A stretch of DNA of 64,000 nt from an uncultured Nitrososphaeraceae archaeon. GTDB taxonomy: Archaea > Thermoproteota > Nitrososphaeria > Nitrososphaerales > Nitrososphaeraceae. Under the pieces are notes generated by a model. The model was not told the origin of the DNA, did not search any database, and worked only from the letters and a program-made list of their open reading frames with translations. Within the stretch, counting starts at the first letter, position 1, and the number at the start of each line of letters is the position of its first letter. The translations under genes were made by a program, and so were the position numbers. The stretch spans positions 815,688-879,687 of the forward strand of contig CAVZZA010000005.1 in assembly GCA_963779615.1 (NCBI GenBank), written 5' to 3'. This document shows positions 1 through 10,722 of this stretch, in pieces.

Positions 1-356
1 TAACCATAGTGCACTAAACCAAATAAAGAATATTTTTTAACGATATAATCCAATAAAATTTGGCAAAATCGCTGCAAACTAGTCATATATGGACACCGTT
101 CTGTATGTTCCGCCAGTTGTTGCAAAATACTATCAATGAATCCCCATCAGAACATACATCAAATCTACAGACCCGGCAACCAACAATTATGATAAATGAA
201 ATCGCATAAGGGCAAAGCATAATCCCATTAGCATGTCACGACACAAGCACACCAACGCTCAAGATAAACAGGATTTTGCCTGTTATTTTAAATGTCATTC
301 AGCATCACAAAAAAAAACAAAAAAAAACAAAAAAAAACCGGAATTACTTTACGTTA

Positions 357-1025
357 TTACTCTACTTTTATCTCTTTACCCTTTGGTTTTGTACTTGCCT
401 TTTTGTTAAAAGTTATTTCAAGGATCCCGTTATTGTATGTGGATTTCACAGTCTCGATATCTGCGTCTTGAGGCAACTCTATGGTTTTATGGTATTTTCT
501 TTGGGGGTTATTCGCTATAACTTCAACTGACCCATCAAAAGCATTAATACTTATGTCTTCTTTTTTTACGCCGGGCATTTCCAGAACAACTTTAACTTCG
601 TTATCCGTTGTGTTTACATCTACTAAAGGCTCTCTCTCTGAAGTTATCTGTTGATTAGATTCTGTTGTTTCTCCAAGCATTGTTTTTCCTGTCCATCCAC
701 CAGCTGATTTGACATTTCCAAACTCCCTTACTTTGGGTTTGCCATCAGGTCCGACAGTCATTGTATAGCCATATACTATTGGCCCCACTTCCCGTACTTT
801 GACACCTTCTGGTGTTTGGTATTCCCTTATCAGTTCTTTTGGTGCATTGGTTCGCATTTCTTTAAATTGATTAAACATTCTTCCCATTTCTTCCTGCATT
901 TCCTCAAATGCCCGGAATGGATCGGTTTCAAAAAAACTACTTTTCACGGCATTTCTGGCACCAATACCCCTAGATCCAAAAAATCTCTCAAACCAATCAT
1001 AATTATCTATATCTCTTGTATTCAT
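357..1025 (-). CDS. hsp20: Archaeal small heat-shock protein (Hsp20/alpha-crystallin)
   Basis: EPLVDV...LEMPGVKKEDI...KSTYNNGILEITF alpha-crystallin core; GPIVYGYTMTVGPDGKPKVREFGNV typical of TACK Hsp20; C-terminal I-x-V motif (EIKVE); GGTGA Shine-Dalgarno at 1036-1040. Confidence 0.95.
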   Translation of the reverse strand: MNTRDIDNYDWFERFFGSRGIGARNAVKSSFFETDPFRAFEEMQEEMGRMFNQFKEMRTNAPKELIREYQTPEGVKVREVGPIVYGYTMTVGPDGKPKVREFGNVKSAGGWTGKTMLGETTESNQQITSEREPLVDVNTTDNEVKVVLEMPGVKKEDISINAFDGSVEVIANNPQRKYHKTIELPQDADIETVKSTYNNGILEITFNKKASTKPKGKEIKVE

Positions 1026-1040
1026 TTTGTAATATTCACC

Positions 1041-1070
1041 TATATTATGTAATGTATATTACATAATATA
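1041..1070. promoter_or_regulatory. Inverted repeat with perfect 13-bp arms in the hsp20 promoter, candidate operator
   Basis: TATATTATGTAAT-gtat-ATTACATAATATA, 16-45 bp upstream of the hsp20 ATG and overlapping a BRE/TATA-like CGAAAAATATATA on the minus strand. Confidence 0.6.
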
Positions 1071-1291
1071 TATTTTTCGAACATTGTGTGTTATTCTTGA
1101 CACTACTAATCTCAATTTCACTTTATTGGAAATTTGCTTTAAACTGTTGATTCTTCAATACAGTACATAAAAATTTTTCATGGCTTCTTTCAGGTATTTT
1201 CGAACATACCCCTCAACCATCAATTTCAGTTCGGGGCACATGGCAGCGTTGCAAGTCAACAACTACTTTTTCACTTTCTTACAACTGCGCT

Positions 1292-2568
1292 TCAAAATCT
1301 ATAGATAAATTCAGATTGGAAACCATTGCCAAGCCTAATTCCCAACGATGCAACATAATTTCCAATGGCTAATTGCAAGGATTCCCACTCATTTAACGCA
1401 GTAGCAATATCACCTCTATACTTTTGTATGGATTTGGCTAAGGCAACTGCGTTTTTGGCTGCCTTAGACGTACTAGCAGCAGTATGTGGCCGACCACAAA
1501 AGATGCGTCCCCAATTAAGCATGCACGATCAAAAGCCATTCTAGAAACCGATAGATCATAAATTGCTTGTACAGATGGCCCCTCTGTTGCAAATAGCAGC
1601 TCTTGAAAGCTATCTGGCAGAATATATTCTGCAGCGGTTTTATGTTCTTTTACAATGTCCCCATCCACCATTCCCTGTGAAACTGTAAACTCCCGTTCAA
1701 CTCCGTTTCTGTCGGTCAAAACCTTTTTTAACTTACCGCCTTGAGATGGCACATTAAAATACCAGACCCAGTTTAGACGCCGTTTGCCCAAAGATAACTC
1801 CCCGTCTGATCCAGGAATAAGATAGCACAAAATATGCGTTTTGTGTCCAAGGAAGAAGGTAAGCTTGTGTGAAAAGACGTCCAATAATTTTGGCGTTACT
1901 TCACTCTCCCTAACGAGCCCTCTCCATGCTACATACCCAGAGTAATACGGCTACACTTCAGGAAGGAGTTGGTGTCGCACTGTGGATCCTGCCCCATCTG
2001 CACCAATCAAAAGATCACGTGTTTTGTGTTTTGTGTTTTCTTCAAATTCAACAACTATGTGATTTTTCTTTTGCTTAAAACTGGTCATTTTTCTTTCGTT
2101 ATGATACAGTTTATCCGGGAAAGTTTCCCCCAACACGCGATAAAGCAATTCCCAAGAGGTCATTAATTGCATTGATGGCTCTTCTGACTCTATTGTGCCA
2201 TCTCTTCTCAAATACTGCCTTTTGTAGGCGGGTACACTCAGAGACTGACTCGGGACTATATTGTGCTCTTTGAGAAAATTCACTATCTCCATCTGCATTA
2301 CAATACCAGCACCACGGCCTTTCATGTTCACAGGAGATTTTTCGGAAACTTCAACATCACAATTAACAGACCGCAGGGCTATGGCGGCAAACAATCCACC
2401 AAGAGAACCACCAATCACGATGACTTTTGGATAATCAGGTTGTGCCGACTGTAGTAACGGTGATGGTGGTGTTGGTGTTGGTGGTGTAGGGTCCATATTG
2501 TCTGAAAACGCAGTATTCTTTCCGTAAATTTTTGGTAAGGAGAAATAACGTGTGTTTCCATATTCCAT
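1292..2568 (-). pseudogene. FAD-dependent monooxygenase (2,6-dihydroxypyridine 3-hydroxylase-like), disrupted
   Basis: VIVIGGSLGGL, IGADGAGS, YSGYVAWRGL, LIGDASFVV and RPHTAAST motifs; in-frame TAG at 1951-1953 and a 1-nt frameshift near 1492. Confidence 0.85.
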
Positions 2569-3392
2569 TTATTTGCTACCACTAAAATTATGAATGATAA
2601 TGTTATCTTAAATCACTATAAGTAGATTGCTTTAACCATTTTGGCATAATAGAAAATGACATCATGGATAAATTAAAGGTGAAACAGGCATGCCACAAAC
2701 TCACGAAAATACATTGAAAGCAATAATGCAAAAGCCATTCAAATTGAGGTTTTACCGGATTGTTGTCCCCATTGGTTTCCATGCGTCCTATTGACGCCAT
2801 ACTTGGTTTGAAGCAACGAACAAAGCAAGCACTCAAAGCACAAGCAGGGTAGGAAAAACAGATATTGGATATTTAAGGCTCATGACTGACCACACAACCC
2901 GATCACTGTTGTAACGGGTCCATCCACGAACCCCAAATAAACGCATCACCTACACACACATGTATTCTCCGGAGAATAACTAGTATCTTTTTTGAAACAA
3001 GTTCCTTTTGTCACATACCACGCTTTATCAGCACAATTTGAAAGCCCCCATGCCTTCAACCGTCAGTCAGCATCCGATCTGTCCCATATGTCAAGTATGC
3101 TGGTTGCCAGCCAGCCACCTCACCTTTTTCCCATGTTCCTGCCTTTACCCTATCCTGTTACGATTAACGGATAGCAACAGTGTTTCCAGAACAGTACAGG
3201 ATAGTTTTTTTCACCACAGGTAAATGCAGTATTTGTAGAGTCCTCGTCAACCAAAGAAACCGTGATTAAAAAGGTGGTTGAGGACATAAAGATAAAAATT
3301 GTAAAACCTATGATGCTTTAGTTACATATCGTAATATCGCAATATTTTATCACACAGTCTTTCCACAAGTGAAAAAATAAAGCAAAAGACAA

Positions 3393-4403
3393 CTAATTCA
3401 CTATATGCAGAATTTCGTTAACGTTTGCAAACGATATGTCGGGTGTAGGCCCCCCACCAATCACAAAGATATTGTTGCCCATAGAAACTGCGGCTAGCCC
3501 ATGACGTGGTGTGGGCATAGGTACGTTGGCCATCCACGTGTTTTTCTGTGGACTGTATTTTTCAACAGTGTTAAAGGTGTTGTCAGGGGCTTCCCCTCCA
3601 AATACATATATCGCCCCATTAACCGTTGCTGCTGCTATTCCGCCCCTTTCAGTGGGCATTGAGGCAAGGGAGGCCCAGGAATTGGACTTTGGGTCAAATA
3701 CCTCATTGGTGTTTATATTGGAAGATTTACCTGTTGGTCTGCCCCCAATGACATATAGTTTTCCATCTACAACTGAGGAGGCCATGTGTTGTCTTGCAGT
3801 AGGCATAGGTGCCTTTTCGGTCCAGGTGTTAGTTGCCGGATCAAAAGCTTCGTTTGATTTCAAGGGTCCATCTGCCGTTCCGCCCACAGCATAAAGGATT
3901 CCATTTACAAACTGAGCGGTTAATGCGGCTCTAGCGGTGGGCATGGATGTGCCTTCCGTCCATTGATTGGTTGAGGGGTCGTATATGAAGAGTTTGTTTG
4001 ACGGAATTTTATCATCAAGGAACCCCCCAACAAGGTATATCTTACCATTGAGTGTTGCTCCGGAAGCGTGGTTAAGGTTCTCAGGAACTGGAGCAGCAGT
4101 GCTCCAACTATCTGTTTTTGTGTCATATACCTCCACGCTGTTCTTGTTACGTTTTCCTGTTTCACCATAGCCTGCAATAATGTATATTTTATCACCTACA
4201 GAAGTATAGGCTGACTCCATTTTGGGAATAACACTGTTTGCTCCCTTGGTCCAATAGTTTGTTGTTGCTGTTGTTGTATTGGATGTTTGGGCATAGACAT
4301 AAGAGGCAATAAAAGCAATAGAAAAAAAACCCATAAACAAAATCCCAACATAAATCAAAGCGTGCATTGTCATACTATTATTGCGTTTACCAAAGATATT
4401 CAT
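3393..4403 (-). CDS. Secreted Kelch-repeat beta-propeller protein
   Basis: Six Kelch repeats (IYxxGG...YDPxTNxW...MPTxR); signal-like segment ending VYAQ; start more likely at the ATG at 4403 than at 4736. Confidence 0.9.
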   Translation of the reverse strand: MNIFGKRNNSMTMHALIYVGILFMGFFSIAFIASYVYAQTSNTTTATTNYWTKGANSVIPKMESAYTSVGDKIYIIAGYGETGKRNKNSVEVYDTKTDSWSTAAPVPENLNHASGATLNGKIYLVGGFLDDKIPSNKLFIYDPSTNQWTEGTSMPTARAALTAQFVNGILYAVGGTADGPLKSNEAFDPATNTWTEKAPMPTARQHMASSVVDGKLYVIGGRPTGKSSNINTNEVFDPKSNSWASLASMPTERGGIAAATVNGAIYVFGGEAPDNTFNTVEKYSPQKNTWMANVPMPTPRHGLAAVSMGNNIFVIGGGPTPDISFANVNEILHIVN

Positions 4404-4484
4404 AAATGAGTTTCGATTGCATTTTAGAATATAACTAAAAAACCTATAAATACGTAACAAATACCGAAGAGAAACGAAACAAAG

Positions 4485-4780
4485 ATGAGATTTCTTGTTA
4501 CAACAAAAGTATATAAACAATACAAAATGCTGAAGATTTACAAAGACAAGCCAAGATGGTAAACAACCAAATACAAAAGATAATAGATACAGGCAAACTG
4601 ATAGAAGGCGGCCAATTTGCAGATGGGCGTGGGCATTTCTTTTTGATAGATGTAAACAGCGAAAAAGAAATGCTGGAAATGCTAAACAGAGGGATTCTGG
4701 ATTCGTGCTATGTAGAAAGTCATCCCATAGTGTCATTCAGCGATTTATTTGAATTCTTTAAAAGGAATCCACCAAAATAA
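4485..4780 (+). CDS. Small dimeric alpha/beta-barrel protein (muconolactone isomerase/DUF3303-like), N-terminus frameshifted
   Basis: MRFLVTTK start in another frame, then GKLIEGGQFADGRGHFFLIDV...VESHPIVSF. Confidence 0.5.
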
Positions 4781-5626
4781 AGTCAATGCTTTTCGCGTAA
4801 AGTCCTCAAAAACAAAAAAAATATTTATCTTTAAACCAAAAAATTGAAAGATTGAGATTGCCTAGGCCATCATCCTTTGTTATCAAAATAGCCAGGTAAA
4901 CACGACTATGTGTATGACTAACAGGCACAAAATCATGGATGAAAAAAATCCAAGTTACGTGTATTGGGACTAATGGATCTCACGATACCTTCGTAGATGC
5001 ATCGGTTCCAAATAAGGCATACTATCCCTTTAATCCAAACAAAAATAGCATTTAATCGCAGGCATAACAATGGATAAATTCAGCCATTATCGCTGATGAG
5101 GCATTATCTTTCGGTGTGATGGATGAATTAGATTCCCGACCAAAAGCTCCCAGTGCATATGGGTTCAATGACAAAGTACAGAAAGACAGCATAGCAAAGA
5201 AAACCACCACCATACAAAACTATTTTGGATTGCTTGACACAGACATTACTCCTCCTATTCACATGAATGCTATAAAGGTTCGATTTCTTTAACATGGCAA
5301 CAAAAACTGCTTTGTAAAACCTTACTTGTTTATAAAAACAGCATATAAAAAAACTCATTTGGGCGGCTTTGCATGCCTCGCCGATCCAACTAATGAAGGG
5401 CATGGAAACTGGTTACAGCACTGGTGAAGGTTAATTGAATAATATATACCTCAATGAACTGTAGCAACAGGTTTTGTTTAAAATTTGTATTTTTTGTGTG
5501 TCAATGTGTTTTCAGTCGCCTGATCTTACAACCGTTAAATGGCTACGCCACCTTTAAATCCTCTGCATCAAATGCAAGATGCGTGAAAACCAAATTTTCA
5601 TTCCACCACAAGACCTTGTTTTAAAT

Positions 5627-6903
5627 TCAATCCCTCTGCAAAGCCAAAATGGGTAGTAGCCTAGACGCCTTAAACGCCGGAAACAGGCCCGCCATAAAAC
5701 TCAACCCTACAGTTATTGCCCACACCCGCGCCAAGTCAGACGCAAGATATACCGGCGAAATACCCGGTTGATCACCTGAGCTAAAACCGGCACTTAAACC
5801 GAACCCTGCCACAATTCCAGCCAAGAGGCCGGTTGTTGCTCCAAATATACCGATAAGCAATGCTTCGGCAAGAAACAGTGACAACACATACCCATCCCTC
5901 GCACCTATGGCCTTTAGCGTCCCAATCTCTCTTGTTCTTTCAATGACAGACGTATAAAGTGTGGTGATGATGCCGACAGCCCCCACAATTAAAGAGACTA
6001 TTGCAATGCTTAGTAGAAAGGCGCTTACTCCACTAGTGAACTCCTGTACTGTCTTTATGATGGCCTTTACGGTAGTAATGCCTATGTCATTGCCGTACAG
6101 TTTTCTTATTTCTTGCTCTATGGTGTCTATAAGGTCTGGAGATAATGCAACTATTATTATCGAATCGAATTTTCCGGATTTGTGAAATAGAGAGTTTCCT
6201 ACCTGGGTATTTACAACAACAGCCTTATCTATAGTGGGATTACCGGTAGGCTTCATTACAGCTCTTACTACAAAGCTTTTTACTTCCTTGTCGCTATTTC
6301 CTGTTGTAGGGTCAACAAAGGAATATGTCGCCTTAACTGTTTGCCCTAATGACAAAAATGGTGTTGATTCTCCGGGTGGTTGAGCAACATCACTTGAAAT
6401 TATAATTGCAGATGGATCATTCTGTCTGACCACAGATCCATCAACATACTCTAGTGTTGGTGCCAGAATGGTCAGTTTTTCAGGATTTATGGAAAACACG
6501 CTATAGTCCTTTGCTTTACCTTGGGATTCCAGTGAGACAGTGGTTTGGTATGATGGAATTGTCTCTTTCACAAAGGGTAATGAGCCCAGTCTACTTTCAA
6601 TTGCCGCATTCAAAGTAATTTTTGCAGTAGGTGGAGGACCACCGCCACCGCCACCTGCTCCCCCCCACCACCTGGTCCTGCACCATTTCCAGATTGGGGC
6701 TGTGGTGCCGAATTTATAAACATGATATTGCCTGCCAGATTGCTGGTTTGTTTGTTGAAGAATTCTGAAAATCCAGATCCTATTCCACTGACTGCGACCA
6801 TCAGGCTACTTCCTACCATAACCATAAGAATGGTTAAAATAGATTTGATTTTTCTTTCTTTAATTGCATCAAAAGACATTGCCAATATCTGTTTCAAATC
6901 CAT
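5627..6903 (-). CDS. MacB/FtsX-family ABC transporter permease, split by a frameshift in a G7 run (6660-6666)
   Basis: N-terminal RKIKSILTILMVMVG; C-terminal SVIERTREIGTLKAIGA and GLFPAFKASRLLPILAL; one extra G joins ORFs 6610-6903 and 5627-6613. Confidence 0.88.
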
Positions 6904-6983
6904 TTTTGGATCACTTTAGTCAATTTCTCCTTCTTTGTTTACACGGCAATGGGCAAGGATATGTGTGTGTATTCTTGTTATCA

Positions 6984-9128
6984 TTAAGCAGAATCAATTC
7001 CATCATCATCCAAAAGAGAAATGTCTTCTTTGCCTGTTGTCGAATTGCCAGCATCCCGAGACAGCTTATCTTTCCTTCTTCTTCGCATTCTTAACAAAAA
7101 TACAAGGAGAACCATTAAGACAGCAGATATGGAGGCAGCAAATAATATGTCCATCTTGTCAATTCCAAAGATACTTTGGTTTTTATTTTCCAAATCCTGC
7201 ACAGTTGGCTTATAGCTAACCGTGTGGTTTAATATCAACTCATGGGAATTTCTCAAATTATCTTTGTAACTCACTTTGATACTGACAGGATATGCGCCTC
7301 CAGGCATATTTTTAGTAATGTTTATCGGAATGCTAAAGGGCAATGGTGAATTTTCCGTTAGGTCTCCCAGATACTGTGAGGGCGGAATATTGGATATCAA
7401 CTGTATTTTGCTTTTATCCATTTGCCTTTGAGAGTTAACTTGTTTTTCTAAAGACGGGGAAGCGGATGGCAATGCCTTGTCAGATGGATATTCAGGCGCG
7501 CCACCAGATAAGCCAGGGATCACAATCTGAACTCTAGTAAAGAATGCCATTGTGTTTCCCTCGTTTAACAGGTTGCCACCCAAATTAGGAACACCACCTA
7601 TTTCGTTTACAGAAACATCATAGGACGTTACCCTCACCTGACCTTCCACATATGCACCCAGGTTTACGGAATCTGTTCTGGTCTTTCCACCTAACACATA
7701 ATCAGCATCTAGTGTAAAAGTAACAGGCTTGTTTATCATGTCCTCTGCTGCAAAAACTAAGACGGACAGTTCTTTATCCACTTTAGAAGGGAAAAGAGGA
7801 AATGCCCATCTTGAGCTTCCAAGAATCTTGACAGAGTCAGATGGCGAGGAAAGTGAAATAACCGCATCTGTTAGCGCCTCATCACCATTATTATGCACTG
7901 CAAATTGCATGTTTTCTATCTTTCCAGATTTAACAATAATTGATTTGTTTTCATCACTATTGTTTGCGCCAACAATGTTTTTATCGTCACCATCTTCATT
8001 TGACTCTGAAATTGGTTTTTTTGGCAAAACGCTCAAGACAGATTCGGGTGCATTTGGGGAAACAATCAGGCCAATGGAGGCATCCAGTGATTTTCTATTG
8101 CCATAGGCATCATTGTAAGTAATCTGCAGGTTTAATGTTTGAATCGTCCCCCCAGCGCTATAATCCACATATATCATCGGGTTTATTGTTGTCAGGCTAT
8201 TTGCATGGATAGTCCCCATGTCAAAGGTTGTTGCTTGCAAAGTAGTCAGGCCCGGATTTCCGTTGCTGGTGTCATTGAATCCCTGTTTGTTTGAAGTCTC
8301 CGATTTTGTGTTGGAGTTATTTTTGTTCTCTAATTGCGCACCATTGAATTTTGAGTTGTTACCGTTTTTATCACTAATGCCAGCATTTTCCTCACCACTC
8401 TTTACACTGTCTATGTTCGTAATTGCGCCTCCGCTTAAATTAGTTATACTTGCCACAGCCCCGCTTGCGTCAGCGGATCCTTTGTTTTTTATAGCTATGG
8501 CTATTTTGTTTGGAAAGCCTGTAGTCAGGTTTTGTGTGAGGGATGTGGTATCAAGAATAACTTTTCCCGTGACTCTAAAGGGTATATCCATCTTTGATGA
8601 AATTTGCCCAGTTTCTTGAACTTTTGAATACAGCAGGTTCAAATTTGACAGATAGGATCCCACTGTTGCGTTTTTCAACACATCAACGGTAAAAAACAAA
8701 GGAAAGCTTTGTCCAGGTTTTACCACAGCGTTGTAACTAGCTACAGAGGTATTTTCAGAGGTAACATTGTTTTCACCTTTGATTGACCTAAATTCAGGTG
8801 GAAGGTCTAAAAACCCTTTTAATCCTGTAATGTCAGACCTGCCGGTGTTCACCAATATAACCGCCAATTTAGAAGGGCCATCCCCTGGGCCAACCTCTAT
8901 CCTCATGGGATTTGTCAAATCGGTCGATGATGGGTTTGCAGAGGGGTTATCTGTCCAATAGGAATCAAGGAACGCAGGGCTTTTATCATCAGATGATGAC
9001 AGGAACTGGCCATACACATTTGGCATATACAAAAACAAATGATTATTAAAACCATTCAAAACTGCAAAACAAGATAACGATATAGAAATAAACAAAAGTG
9101 AGTAATTTAGGAAACTGGCGGTATTCAT
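6984..9128 (-). CDS. COG1361-type S-layer-like membrane-anchored surface protein
   Basis: Signal peptide; repeated Ig/CARDB-like units (NTGRSDI, KNKGSADA, NNGDEAL, NEGNTMA); YLGDLTENSPLPFSIP; C-terminal TM helix followed by RRRRK; lies between an ABC ATPase and a permease. Confidence 0.8.
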   Translation of the reverse strand: MNTASFLNYSLLFISISLSCFAVLNGFNNHLFLYMPNVYGQFLSSSDDKSPAFLDSYWTDNPSANPSSTDLTNPMRIEVGPGDGPSKLAVILVNTGRSDITGLKGFLDLPPEFRSIKGENNVTSENTSVASYNAVVKPGQSFPLFFTVDVLKNATVGSYLSNLNLLYSKVQETGQISSKMDIPFRVTGKVILDTTSLTQNLTTGFPNKIAIAIKNKGSADASGAVASITNLSGGAITNIDSVKSGEENAGISDKNGNNSKFNGAQLENKNNSNTKSETSNKQGFNDTSNGNPGLTTLQATTFDMGTIHANSLTTINPMIYVDYSAGGTIQTLNLQITYNDAYGNRKSLDASIGLIVSPNAPESVLSVLPKKPISESNEDGDDKNIVGANNSDENKSIIVKSGKIENMQFAVHNNGDEALTDAVISLSSPSDSVKILGSSRWAFPLFPSKVDKELSVLVFAAEDMINKPVTFTLDADYVLGGKTRTDSVNLGAYVEGQVRVTSYDVSVNEIGGVPNLGGNLLNEGNTMAFFTRVQIVIPGLSGGAPEYPSDKALPSASPSLEKQVNSQRQMDKSKIQLISNIPPSQYLGDLTENSPLPFSIPINITKNMPGGAYPVSIKVSYKDNLRNSHELILNHTVSYKPTVQDLENKNQSIFGIDKMDILFAASISAVLMVLLVFLLRMRRRRKDKLSRDAGNSTTGKEDISLLDDDGIDSA

Positions 9129-9196
9129 AAAAATTGTCCCTTTTTAGTATTGATGCCTGATTTGGAGTTATTAATGTATTGTAAATCAATCTCACA

Positions 9197-9961
9197 TCAT
9201 GCTTTATTTAAGTTTGTTGTTTGCTTTTCAACTTTACCATCTCTAATGAACACTGTTCTATCGGTTTCAGCTGCAAGCTCTGGGTTATGAGTTACAAAGA
9301 TTATTGTTCTCTTGTATTTTCGGACCAGAACCTTTAACAAATCAAAGACTTCTCGCCCTGTTTTGGTATCCAAGTTCCCGGTTGGTTCGTCGGCCAGGAT
9401 TATTGTGGGGTTGTTAATAAGTGCTCTTGCAATAGCGACTCTTTGCTGCTGTCCGCCACTAAGGCTTGTAGGCTTTTGGTCTGCTTTATTTTTAATTCCC
9501 AATATCTCCAGTAGTCTGAGTGATCGGCGGTGCCTTTCCCCGTCTTTTAACCCTGCAATAATTGCGGGAATTTCAATGTTTTTTTGCACTGTTGTCCTGT
9601 TGATTAAATTAAATGACTGAAAAATAAATCCAATTAACTTGTTTCTCATGTCTGCAATTTCTGCGTTGCGAAGAGCAAAGATATCTATGCCGTTGATATA
9701 GATTTTGCCTGAGGTCGGCCTATCCAAAGCTCCCAAAATGTTCAGCAAAGTGGATTTTCCGCTGCCAGAAGGTCCTACTACCGAAACAAACTCGCCTTTT
9801 TTTACCAAAAAATTAATTCCTTTTAGAGCAACAAACTTTCCAGAAGAAGAGTAAAAAACTTTGGATAGGTTTTTTACATCCATTGCTATTGAATCAATTG
9901 GTATATTGCCAGGTGAGTGAGGCAAACCAATGGACTCATTGTCTCCCATAGGTTTTGCCAT
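9197..9961 (-). CDS. LolD/MacB-type ABC transporter ATP-binding protein
   Basis: Walker A GPSGSGKST, GFIFQSFNL, LSGGQQQRVAIARAL, ILADEPTGNLD, VTH. Confidence 0.97.
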   Translation of the reverse strand: MAKPMGDNESIGLPHSPGNIPIDSIAMDVKNLSKVFYSSSGKFVALKGINFLVKKGEFVSVVGPSGSGKSTLLNILGALDRPTSGKIYINGIDIFALRNAEIADMRNKLIGFIFQSFNLINRTTVQKNIEIPAIIAGLKDGERHRRSLRLLEILGIKNKADQKPTSLSGGQQQRVAIARALINNPTIILADEPTGNLDTKTGREVFDLLKVLVRKYKRTIIFVTHNPELAAETDRTVFIRDGKVEKQTTNLNKA

Positions 9962-10050
9962 AGCTAATCCATTTCAAAATGATATCCTTGTTAATATCAC
10001 CATTACAAAGTGTTCTCCGTCATTAATTTATTCGACGCGTCATCAACACA

Positions 10051-10722
10051 CTAACTTCCATTCTGTATCTCTTCACAATTTCCTGCGGAGTCATCACCAT
10101 CGGTTAAATTAAAATCGATTACCACATCCACTCCTTCACCACAGTCAAAATAATCGCTCCCTAGATCTCCAACAAGAATATCATCCCCAACATCACCATA
10201 TAACTTGTCGTTTCCTTGATCGCCCACCAGATAGTCATCATCCACTCCACCAGCCATAATGTCATCACCATCGCCACCATAAAGCTGATCACTACCAGTA
10301 CCTCCTTGAACAACATCATTGCCTGCTTCACCATATAGCTGGTCTGCGCCTTCGTTTCCTTGAATTTTGTCGTTTCCTCCTAACCCGTGAATACTGTCAG
10401 AGCCGTCAAGTGCGACGATTATATTATCACGCGGGGTACCGCTAATCCTGTCGTTTCCAAAAGAACCCATTATAAAATTTTCCAAAGATTTGGTGGTTGA
10501 ATTTGTCAAAGGCTGCTGTGGTTGTGGCGAGTTTCTGTTGATGGAAAGTGATGAGGTATTGTCGATTGTTGTTGCGGTAATAGTCTGAGCTTGGACTTTT
10601 GTTTCTTTCATAAAACCAATATAGGCGAATGACACAGCAAAGCCAAATACTATAACTAACAGCAAAGCATAAACAATTGGTTGATTGTTATTGTCAAACC
10701 GGCCCCAATTATAAAATTTCAA
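10051..10722 (-). CDS. Secreted hemolysin-type (RTX-like) calcium-binding repeat protein
   Basis: N-terminal TM/signal; many GGxGxDx(L/I)x nonapeptides; C-terminal FDCGEG...GNCE Cys pair. Confidence 0.9.
   Translation of the reverse strand: MKFYNWGRFDNNNQPIVYALLLVIVFGFAVSFAYIGFMKETKVQAQTITATTIDNTSSLSINRNSPQPQQPLTNSTTKSLENFIMGSFGNDRISGTPRDNIIVALDGSDSIHGLGGNDKIQGNEGADQLYGEAGNDVVQGGTGSDQLYGGDGDDIMAGGVDDDYLVGDQGNDKLYGDVGDDILVGDLGSDYFDCGEGVDVVIDFNLTDGDDSAGNCEEIQNGS

Noticed and set aside
1951-1953. In-frame TAG as possible pyrrolysine or readthrough
   Set aside because: The same gene also has a frameshift, no pyl genes are in the window and other genes here terminate at TAG
4404-4736. N-terminal 111-aa extension of the Kelch ORF
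   Set aside because: It is the antisense shadow of the plus-strand gene at 4485-4780; the signal peptide begins after 4403
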